Assembly (NCBI GenBank): GCA_003971905.1
Contig: RSEE01000021.1
Coordinates: forward strand, 496,001 to 560,000
Length of the DNA stretch: 64,000 nt
Reading direction: 5' to 3'
DNA from: Moniliella sp. 'wahieum'
Lineage: Eukaryota
Below the pieces are notes generated by a model. It worked only from the letters and a program-made list of their open reading frames with translations. It ran no database searches and had not been told where the DNA came from. The translations under genes and the position numbers were made by a program. Of this stretch, positions 48,971 to 59,771 are shown piece after piece; position 1 is the first letter of the stretch; each line of letters opens with the position of its first letter.

Positions 48971-49419
48971 CGAAGACGACTTCGACAGCCTGCTTTAATG
49001 TCCTCTCTATTTCGGCTTGGGTGCTCTGCTCTTTGTGTCTTGATTTGTGTTGGCGATGCTATGTTGAAACCCTTCCTCTTTTGTTGCGCTGGCTGTTCCA
49101 CCTCAGGCTAGTCTAAGGAGGCCTCAGTCAATCTGCGATGGGCCCATGTAAACGAGGGACAAGGCGGCAAAGCTGCAAGCGTGATGCATTACGCACCATG
49201 GAGGATGCAATAGACACGATAGTCTGCTAGGCGGTGGGACGTGGGAACGATGTGTTCTTGTGTTGGCAATGCCGGCGGAGCGGCGCCGGCAGGCGCAAGG
49301 CGGCAGGCGTGCGCAGCCCTGCGCCAGTGTCCTGGTGGCGCGCGTGCCGGGCACACTCCCCCGTGCGCGCCCCGGGTCGGGGCATAATGCAGGCTGGGCA
49401 GACCGGAAGTCTGGGCCTG

Positions 49420-49545
49420 AGTGCCAGCTCAGCCTGAGCGCTCAGCGTTTGAGATGACTTGTGACATGTGACATCTGACGATCTGACGTCTCATTTGAGA
49501 TCTGACGTCTGAGGGGGACTATACCGAACACCTCAGCCTCAGCCG
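49420..49545. repeat. Heptamer palindrome arrays
   Basis: TGA-GCGC-TCA; TGA-CTTG-TGA-CATG-TGA-CATC-TGA 49455-49478; TGA-GATC-TGA-CGTC-TGA 49496-49512. Confidence 0.75.
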
Positions 49546-49613
49546 TCGCCTCACCATCTCACCCCTCCAACAGCCCCCCCCCCCTCCCGCACGTCTCCGT
49601 CCGCGCCCGTTGC

Positions 49614-52600
49614 ATGGCCAGCGAGCACACCCCCGGGTGCTTGATTGTCCGGACGCCACGTCGAGCACAATGGGTTTGTTCACGCCTCTAGGGCGCCGCC
49701 TGCATCTACAGCGCCTCCTTCCGTTGCACCCCCAGTGGAGCAGGACTCGCAGGCACTCACGCCAACAAACAGGGGCTCCAAACGTTGCGTCGTGCTATCT
49801 CTGTAAGCCCACGCAGTGCCCGTAAACTCATCGCCTCCTCCATCAAGGACCCAGACAGAGCGGTCGATGCTCCGAAAGAGGTCTCAAGAGTAAGCGCAAC
49901 AGTGTGGCGGGCACTGGAGGCCTCCAGCGGCTCTTCTCCACCCGCCGTGCAAATAAGTCTGCTCAGCAAAAAGAGAGGGCCACCGAGCCGTCGACCAAAG
50001 TCCTGAATCTACCTTGGACCCGCTGCCGAAGAGGAACCTAATGAAGAGGAACTCTACTACCACAGGTTTCGGATGCGCTCCTAAGCTTCCCTCGTTGACA
50101 TTGGAGTAAGACAAGCAGGGAACACGATTCGTCGCTTGGTGATGTCAATGGGCCGATCCATTTTCCGAGGTGAGGAGACCGCTTCCTTGCCCCTCCTCGA
50201 AAAAACAACGGGGGTAAGCTCTTCTCCAACGCACTTTGTCGGATCTTAATCTTGCCGAGCCAAGGCTCGAGACCATCCGCGCTGAAACGGCCCAAACCCA
50301 GTCTGACCTCCAATCCTTTTTAAAGCAGTATGCATTTTCTTCCCCCATGCCATTGTACTCATGTTCTGACTTGATTCCAGACGCCGTCATTGGCAACCTA
50401 TTTTCTCTCAGCCAACCTCCCCAGCCGGGCCATCTGGTCCAGGTAACTTGTCTTATATCTCCCCTGCCGCTTCTGGTCCAGTCCCCACTGAATCGGGTCT
50501 CCCAAGCGACGAGTCACTAAACAAGCTGTTCAACTTTGACACGGACCAGAGGCCGCTGACGCTGGATCCTGCCCTTGGGCCAGCGGAAGATCCAGTCAAC
50601 GCTGAAGACATGGTCCTGGACAAGGACAAGAGCAACGTCAAAATGCCACAGAAAAACTTCCAGAGCAGTCCGCTCTCGTATTGAGAGTGGACGGGTGTCG
50701 ACGAGCCAAGTTCCGTGGAGGCATTACCCCAGGCCGGTTCTCACCCTCAACCAAGAAAGCACAGGAGAAGAGAAGCAAGTCTCCTGAAGCAATTCCGCAC
50801 GAAGAGGAAGAGCTTGTTCCGGGGTTGGGCTGTATCCCACACGTCTCCCTTTCGGGAAGTATGCGCGACTTTATCTATGCTCCGCCGGAGCCCAGTCAGC
50901 TCTGCCCTGAGAATAGCGCCTATATCCCTACTGTGCCCTTGCAGACCTTACTCAACGAGCATTCCTCTGATCCATTGAAACCTGGTTCATCTGCCCCTAT
51001 CCCTCCGGTTCCGTTGGGACAGAAGTCCATCCCTTACTCCGTTCCACTTGTCCCGACCACATCTGGGTCCTCTCTCCAGAGGTAGCCAAGAAGCAGTGGT
51101 CGTGCATCTCAAGGACGATGATGCAGCCGTCAAAGCGCCCGCTGCGAAACGCTTCATCAAGGAAGGGACACTGAAAGAAGGAGTGTCTGCCAATCAGGTG
51201 CCAATGAAGGAGGAAGATCCTGTCAAGGAGGAGCCTATTCGGATGAGTCTACAAATGAGGGAACTGTCAACGAAGAACCTGCCCAGGAGGGTCCCGTACA
51301 GGAAAACGAAGTTGAGGTGGATCCGGCCAAAGAAGATTTGGTTAAGAAGGGTCGGGCAAGGATGATGTTGTTGTGGAAGAATCCGTCAAGGAGAATCCTC
51401 TTCAGCAGAGAGCTTCTCCCTTTACAAAGAACATAACATCTATTGCGACGGAACCAATTGTGGAGGAGCAAGATCACCTCATGCGTTCTACTGCGGAGGA
51501 ACCCATTAATCTAAAGAACAAAGAGGTCCCGAGCGTCGAAGAGACGATGCCTGAAGGTCTTGCGCCGGCTGTGGTGGCCACGAAGGAAAACACTGGCGTG
51601 CCTTCTTCTTCCTGTTGGAGGCCAAGCAAGATAAATCGGTACCAGCTGAACCTGCCGCTGCTCCTGCCCAGTTCAAATGGCCCTCAAACAGTGGAACCTT
51701 CTAACGAATCAGCGCAAGCAATCGCGGTACTTTCTCAGCCCGACACCGTGGGAGTAACCATCAATTCCACGCTGATAGAGAAGCCCAAGGCGGTCACCAT
51801 TTCTCAAGATCCATTTCAGGTGCATCCCTTCCTGGGGCCGCGGTCCTGCCCGAACCCTGGATCAACACCCCACAGCACACGGATGAGCATGACCTCCCGT
51901 ACCTGAAGCCACCCTTGTGGCCAGTCAAAGGACCATAACGAGCTTGAGCCCAAGAAAGAGCCGATGTCTGTAACCAAACTACGCACTCTTCCATCTGTTT
52001 TAGCCCGGGCCCCTGCGGCGATTCGGGACGCAGATCTAACACATCAGCAGCCCAACCCCCTGCCGCGTACACGTCCGCCTGCTTTTATTGGCTCACGAGT
52101 AGCCGCTGCTGCTTCCCGATTTCAGTCACTTTCGTCGCCAGGGCAACCTGGAGTCCAGTCACACAAGAAGCCTCAGGGTCTTCCTGTTGCAACCAAGAAA
52201 GTATCGCTTTCTGCCACCCACACATGCACCAGCCCACGCCTACAGATAAGGCAGAGACTGGTGAGCAACCCAAGCACGTTGAGCGACCCGAGCCAGTTGA
52301 ACAACTTGAGCCAGCTCACCTAGACGTGGAGGAGCCCGATCGTTCCTTCCCCTGTGCACATTGACCCACCCAAGCCTGCCGTTCAGTCGGAGCGTGTGAT
52401 CATCCCAACACTGTTTATCAACCCGAGACCCTAACGGTGTCAAAAAAGGATGAGGTTGCCTCAGGAGAAGAGGCAAAGCAGGCAAAGGTCAATATTCCCG
52501 CGGGGAATGTTAGTGTTCCAGTGCCCTTGGCGACAAAGGAGGAGATGCCCGCGAACCTTTCAACTCAGCCCGCCAGGAGAGTGTATCGAATCCCTGACCC

Positions 52601-53680
52601 ATATTCTCCAGGAATCCAGTGTACTTGATCAAGCTCAGAAGACCAAAGAGGATGTTCCTGACGCGAAAAATGCCGTTGAGGATCAGATGGCACTGTCATC
52701 CCGTCAAAAGAGGATAAAGGGAATTCGCTTCTGACCACTGAATTACAGCAGACTCTGTCTACTGGGGAAAACTGTCTTGAGGTGCGGTTCAATCCCAAAG
52801 AGAGCACCAGGATGCCAATAAGCCTATTGCGGGGGGGCGCCAATCGTCACCCAGACCGTGAAGGTAGAGGCTGCGATGGACAATGAGACCAGTGCTTCCC
52901 CCCTAAAGGCGAAGGAGGAAGTGCCCAAGATCCCTCCCAATTCCATGGTCGAAGAGATGCCATCTACACCGCAGGTGAAGGGCCAATGGGCTCATTTGAG
53001 CGTGTCAATTCCATCGGTGAAGAATCCGAGGAGGAGGAATCGTCTCCGAGTCCGAGCCCAGGGCTGAAGGAAAGACGTTTCGGCTGCTGCTGTCGTTCCA
53101 GAGTCTGTTGCCCGTGCAGTGGACAGCGCCAGCCCCGAATGGGTGAAGGAGCAGGCTAAGGCTGAGATGGTCCCTCCTACCGTTCTCACCCCAGCCACTA
53201 CATCTTCCCTTCTTGGTGCCGCCGCGACAGTAAGAGAATCAGAGCCTCCGGTACCGATGAGTAAGAACGCGCATCATACACGGCCACGGGTACCGAGACT
53301 AAAGAGGTGGTGGTGTTGTAGCGACTGCTACTTTCGCTTTAAGTCTTCCACGCCCACGTCCTCCGCACCAAAAGAAAACTGCACCCTCCCGGTCGAGCTG
53401 GTTGACCAAACTTCCTTTTCGAGCGACACCACAGCCCTACTATGGCAAGTCCGGATGGAGCGGGGAAGACCACCCTCTTCTCGCCTGGTTCCTCTAGTAG
53501 TGGGTAAGGTCACGCGTCTATTAACGTTGCTCCTCAGATTCTACCCTTCTCAAGGATACCACTGAGCATACCTACATTTTACCGGATGCCACTACAAATA
53601 CAGTGTGAAGCCCACAAGGTTTGACAGGGTCGGAAGTGTGCCGTCCGGTGTTGACCCTTCCCCAGAAAGTGGATAAGGAT
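49614..53680 (+). CDS. Long uncharacterised low-complexity (P/S/E-rich) protein, heavily frameshifted; ends uncertain
   Basis: Chain of overlapping plus-strand ORFs of similar composition; a canonical intron at 50328-50380; no domain recognised. Confidence 0.5.
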
Positions 53681-54129
53681 GAGTAATCTTCTCGCCAAGA
53701 GGTCAGAGTTTGCGATGATGCTGACCCTCAACACTTTCCCCGATCCACTCATTGGCATTTTGTTACACAAGAGACGGCCCGACAGTACCTTCTATCAGCG
53801 TTCTTAGTTTTCATCGGCAAGTGCCAAGTGCTCTCTTAACTTCTTCCTACCGTTCCCAGCTGTTCCCGACTTCCTTTTTTCACCTTTTTGTGGCTGTCGG
53901 GGGCCCGCACACTCTCTATCAATGATTACGTACAGCCCGTCCACAACGGGTAGTACCCTTTCACACTTCTGCATATTTTCTTTTTACTGTCGATGCCCCT
54001 GAAGGGACAACGGTACTAGGGACACTCCACTATCATTTTGACGTCGGTTTTTGGAAGACCCATCTTATTACATGTGATGATCTCTTTTGCTCTTCTCATG
54101 TAGGCGCGTATCTTAATCGTAAGATACTA

Positions 54130-54157
54130 CTAGGAGACCACCGGGCCTACGGCCCGG
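54130..54157 (-). mobile_element. Helitron-like 3' terminus
   Basis: Minus strand: perfect hairpin CCGGGCC-GTA-GGCCCGG, 7 nt, then CTAG followed by T; a degenerate twin lies at 22415-22444. Confidence 0.4.
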
Positions 54158-54229
54158 ATTGCGTCTCGCCACCTTGCCATTGTTCCACCGTCGCCGTTTA
54201 CCCCCCCCCATTCGTTTTCAAACCAGAAA

Positions 54230-54500
54230 GTAGCGCGGGTAATAGATATACCAATGGGCGTGTGGACATGTAAGCCAGTGAATAACTCTTCATCGGTTAA
54301 TTGTTTCCACAGGGTTCTCAAACACCTTGCCCGCCGTCGTCTTGGCGGCAGAGTATCTTCGTGCCATCATAATCAAGGGACAGAAATGCTCTTGAGTGCC
54401 ACTCTGGTCCTTTGTCGCCGTGCGCGCTTGTCCCAACAGTCGAAACAGCTGCTCTCTCCCTCGTTTCAAAGGCGTCGTGAGTCCCTCTCGTGTATACCAT
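54230..54500 (-). mobile_element. Decayed CRE-like internal fragment
   Basis: GCGTGTGGACA, CTTGCCCGCCGTCGTCTTGG, CTCTTGAGTG and CAGCTGCTCTCTCCC match 38722-38965. Confidence 0.65.
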
Positions 54501-54537
54501 CACGTTCCGAAAAAAAGGGTTGTCGCCTCCTTGCATG

Positions 54538-56075
54538 GTGCATGATGCATGATCGATCGATGCTAGGCGCTAGTGTGCGTGCCACGTGCGACATGCATCA
54601 TGCATCATGCATCATGCATCATGCACCACGCACCATGCATCACGCCCATCGATATCTCCGCTTGTCAATAGGGATAGTTAGTTACTAGCTACTAGTTACT
54701 AGTTTTACTAACAAACTGCGATGCGGCCCTGCTGAGACACCCACAGTTCCCACCAAGCGGGGCCGCTCGTGTCAGCGCGTTCAGCGCCATAGGAGCAGCA
54801 GAGGGCAGCGCGAGGCGGCGCAGGGCAGCATAATTGCTGGTTGAACGTGTTGAAAACGCTGAAGCTTCAAGTCAAGCTTCAAGTTCAAGTGAACTTCGAG
54901 GACGGAAGGTGGAAGGTGGGATCCCGTCAAGCACTGGGACTGAACGTTCAGCTGAATGTTGAACCGCTAAACTTCAACCCTCGGCCTCAGCGCCTCAGCG
55001 CTGAGGCTCAGCACTGCCTCAGGACGCGGGACCGTGACCGCGTGACCGGGGACCAGGGACCGGTCCAAAGCGCTACTCGCTATTAACATACTGGTCGATG
55101 ATCGATGATCGATGATCTGCCACGCCTTAGATGGCCCGTGCGCAATTGCGGGTACATGGTACACAGGCCCCGGTACGTATTGCGCGTCTCTTCGTTCGCT
55201 GTTGCGGTAACGTAACGTCGTAACTAGCGTAACTAGTAACTAGCTAGTAACTAGTAAAAACGCTCACAACAACCCCATGGTACAGCCAGCAGAAGCTTGA
55301 AGCGCTTCAAGTTCAGCCTGAACGTCCTGAGGCCTGAGGCCTCGTGAACGTGTGAACGTTCTGAGGCCGGCCTGAACGTGTTGAACGTCAATCGACATCG
55401 TTCTTGAAGCTTGAAGCTTGAAGCTTGAAGCTTGAAGCTTGAGGCTTCAAGTTCGTTCGAACGGTGCAAACGATCAGCTCTCCCTGATCGTTCGATGTGG
55501 GCAAATTCGGGTGAGCGGGGTAACCGGTACGGTAACAGGTAACCGGCAAAATGATCGAATGATCTGTAACTTGATAGCCGTGATTGAGGCGTAACGCGTA
55601 ACGCGTGATGCATCCCAGTACCCAGTCTCGATTGCTTGGGTTCTCCCCACGCCTGGGGTGGCAAATGCGCCAACAAGCTATGACTGCAAGCCAGCTACTT
55701 GCACGACCTGCCCTTGGACTTGGTTTCTGGGATCTTGTGTAGTGGTGCACTGCTGTGCTGGTTGGGGCCGACCCACTCCGATCACAGATTAGTGCTGGGC
55801 ACTGGGTCGCGGAGCCAGACCGGCCCAAGGCCATGCAGCACAGCGACAGTGCTCCTGCGCTCGTCGGCTAAGCGCTAAGGCCAGCCGGCCCACCACCTGT
55901 GCAGCGCTGCCATGTGCAACGCAGCACACTGCACCTGTGCGCTTCCATGCGTCACACTCGCCATCATGCGTCACGCGTCACGCTGCGCCTGGCTCGCCGG
56001 TTTTGTGGGAACGCACGGCGCCAGTGCGCCCGAGTTGGGCGAGATAGCCTAACGTGAACGTTCAAGTCGCACTTG
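54538..56075. repeat. Largest heptamer palindrome array field, upstream of glycogen synthase
   Basis: (TGCATCA)4TGCA 54594-54625; CTAG block 54682-54702; (TCGATGA)3 55095-55115; (TGAAGCT)5 55405-55439; TAA-CGCG-TAA-CGCG-TGA-TGCA 55592-55612; TAA-GCGC-TAA-GGCC 55869-55882. Confidence 0.92.
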
Positions 56076-56194
56076 AACCAACCCTCAGCGGGCTCTCCGG
56101 CTCAGCAGCCCCACCCATCCCCCAACGGGCAGTCCAGCCAAGTTCAGCCGCTCCCACCACCACCCCGCCTCCGCTGGATTGCCCACGTTTCCCC

Positions 56195-58604
56195 ATGGAA
56201 CAGTCTCTCGCCGTGCGCAATGTGCGCTCCCCCATCCTCTTCGAATGTGCTTGGGAAGTCGCCAACAAAGGTGAGTTGTGTGCTAGCGCATGTTGGCTCA
56301 TGTACCCCCCCCCCTTCCCCCTCCCCTCGCTCTCCCTGACCGCGGCGGACTGACCCTGCTGCCCCCAGTTGGCGGAATCTACACTGTCATCAAGACCAAG
56401 GCTCCATCACGAGCAAGATATGGTAACCGCTACACTCTTCTCGGCCCCTGTCCTACAAGAATGCTCGCATGGAAGTAGAGGAGGCCGAACCGACTGACGC
56501 GGCGATGAAGGCGACACTTGAGGCGATGCGGGCACAGGGTGTGCGCCTTCTCTATGGCCGTTGGCTGATTGATCGCACCCCGCAAGTGTTGCTCTTCGAC
56601 CTTGGCTCTGTCTCGCATCGGCTGGACGAAGGGAAGAAGGATCTTTGGGAGAAAGGCCCAGATCCCGACGCCCCGACTGACACGGAGACCAATGACACGT
56701 TGCTGTTGGGTTACCTTACCGCCTGGTTCTTGGGCGAGTATGCCTTTCACAGCGCGAGCATGCCATCATTGCCCACTTCCACGAGTGGCAGGCTGGTCTG
56801 GCTATTCCCCTAATCCGCAAGCGACGTTTGGACGTGACCACCATCTTTACCACCCACGCGACCCTTCTCGGCAGGACTTGTGCGCAGGTGATGTGGACTT
56901 TTACAACATCTCAATACTTTGACGTTGATGTTGAGGCAGGCAAGCGCGGCATCTACCATCGTTACTGCATTGAACGCTCCGCCGCCCATTCCGCTGATGT
57001 GTTCACTACAGTTTCTCACATTACTGCTTACGAGTCGGAGCACCTACTCAAGCGCCGCCCTGATGGAGTTTTGCCCAACGGCCTCAATGTCGTCAAGTTT
57101 TCCGCCGTGCACGAGTTCCAGAACCTCCATGCCGTTTCTAAGGCCAAGATCAACGAGTTTGTCCGAGGACATTTCTATGGCCACTACGACTTTGATCTTG
57201 AAAACACCATCTTCATGTTCACAGCGGGGCGGTACGAGTTCCGCAATAAAGGTGTCGACATGTTTATCGAATCGCTTGCACGGCTCAACGGGCGGCTGAA
57301 GGCCTCCGGTTCCAAGATGACAGTCGTGGCGTTCATCATTATGCCGGCGGCCACCACCAGCTATACGATGGAAGCTCTTAAGGGCCAGGCGGTCACCAAG
57401 GCACTTAAGGAAACGGTGGACCAGATCAGCGCGCGGGTAGGCCAACGCCTACTTGAGCGTACCGCTCGCTCGGCTGGGTCTGAGTCGGCCAACTTGGAGC
57501 AGATTGATCCAGAGCGTTGCTCGACGAGAAGGACAAGATCGCCCTGAAGAGAAGGCTGTTTGCGATGCGTCGCCAGACGTTCCCTCCTGTGGTGACTCAC
57601 AACATGGCGGACGATTCCAAGGACCCGATCTCAGCCAAATTCGCCGCGTAACTCTTCAACCGGCCTGAGGACCGTGTCAAGATTATCTTCCACCCCGAGT
57701 TCCTTAATGCCAATAACCCCATCCTCGGCATGGACTATGAAGACTTCGTCCGCGGCTGTCACTTGGGCGTCTTCCCGTCGTATTATGAGCCATGGGGCTA
57801 CACTCCAGCCGAATGCACTGTCATGGGTATCCCAGCATCTCGACCAACTTGTCGGGCTTTGGATGTTTCATGGAAGACATGATTGAGGATGCTGAAGACT
57901 ATGGGATCTACATTGTCGATCGTCGGTCCAAGGGGGTGGAGGACTCGGTTAATATGCTGACTGACCAGATGGAGTCCTTTGTCTCAAGACGCGGCGGCAG
58001 CGCATCAACCAGCGCAACCGCACCGAACGTCTGTCGGAGCTACTCGACTGGAACAAGTTGGGGCTGGAGTATGCCAAAGCACGGCAACTCGCTCTCCGTC
58101 GGCCTACCCGGACAGCTTTGACGACGACGATGATGGCCTCTTTGCTCTGGGAGAGGACGAGGGCGAAGGGTATCAGATTGATCCCTCGCAAGACTTGGCG
58201 ATGGACGCATGCGGATTCCGCTGAGTGTGCCCGCCTCGCCTCGCCTGTCGGGTCTGCGGACGCCGGGTGACTTTGGTACGCTGACCGACTCGCTTGCTCG
58301 TGCCACGTGTCGGGGGTGAGCGATGCTGGCTCCAACGCCTCGACGCACACCGACTTTTGGCGCTCGATCGCCCGCCCGCCCGAGGACGACCCGGACGAGG
58401 AACGGTTCCGGTTCCCGTTGGCCGTCAAGCCGCGTTCGCGCCGCGGCACCCTCTCCTCCCGGTCGGGTGCGTCGACGCCTTCGGCTACCCGGGTTGCGCG
58501 GGGCGGCGGCGGCGCAAGCGGCCAACGCGCGCGATGGTGCCGGTCCTTCCTCGGCCGAGCTCGATCAGGCGAATCAAGCGCTGCATGCGCACAACAACCA
58601 CTAG
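56195..58604 (+). CDS. GSY1: Glycogen synthase (GT3)
   Basis: [84 protein letters not shown]; intron 56271-56368. Confidence 0.96.
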
Positions 58605-59771
58605 CACTTTGGTCCTTTGTTCCCTTGCCTATCTCCTTCTATTCCTGTCCACTCCACTTCTTCTGGTCGTGACGCGTGGTGGTTACGTATGGTGAATGAT
58701 GCGTGGCGCGTTGCCGCTTGTAGCAGTGCACTAGGGCCGAATTGAAGCGCTGAAAAATTGTAAGGCGCGGCAGGCCGCAGAGCGTGGCACTGGCGTGGCT
58801 TGTTGGCTAATACCTTGTTCGTAGAGCTTGAGACAAAATGCCTTGCGTCTTGTGTGTTGTTATGGGGCCTTGGGCCTTAGGCTGTAGGCCTTACCTACAT
58901 GCTACTTGTACACTGCCAGTATTCCTTTGTTTTACAGTGGGCTGAATGGCTTAACGGTTCATGATATTCATGATCGGTGAGGTGATGACCATGAGAAGGA
59001 CGAGGCAATCCCATTTTATTGGGCCAGGGATGGTTGAGACTCAGACGGAGTGGTGAGGTGGAATATTGAGTACGAGCACTCGTACTCCGTACTCATACAG
59101 ATTGGAGGATGGTTGGTGAGATTGGGTGAGATAGATGATGAATCTGAGAAGGGGGGGGGTGCCATGATGAATGATGCATGATGTAGGAGCATGGGTGATG
59201 TCTGGTATGTAAATATGAGCCTGGTGCATGAGGTAAGCACATGCGCCAAGGCTTGCGCCGTGCTGCGCTGTGAGATCTGCTGGGCTTGCCTGGGCGCGGG
59301 GGAGGCGGCGCACGTGGCGCAGGAGGAGCAGGCAGGCACGGGGCGGCAGTGGGGCGCGACGGGCATCGGAAAATATCAGCTGAGCGCTGTCGGCAGCCCG
59401 GCAGTGCAGCGCTGCGGCGCCCCTGGCAGTCCTTGGTAGCGTAAGCCAGCGCTACGCTTAGCGCTTCCTGGGCTGTCGCTGCGCTCCGCCGCTTACGCAG
59501 CAGTGTCCCAGCCACATGCAGCAGCAGTCCTAGTCACTAGTACTCAGTACGCTCTGCCACTGGTCGCTGCCTCTGGCCGCTGTCACATGCCACATGCGCC
59601 TCGCCCGCCTCGCACTGCCCCAGCCTCCCACCGCACCCCAGATCACCGCGCCACCTCCCCGGGTAGCAGCCTCGGCCTGCCCTCGGCCGCGCTCCTTCCC
59701 ACCGCCATCCCCATCCCCACCACCCCCCCGCTCTCGGCTCCCCATTGCCCCCCAGCAGCCATCCCCCCTCC

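Noticed and set aside
54538..56075. Arrays as synthetic polylinker or vector contamination (they spell HindIII, ClaI, SpeI, StuI, MluI, NsiI sites)
   Set aside because: They are dispersed, degenerate, tandemly reiterated, limited to A..T palindromes and embedded in native TE relics.
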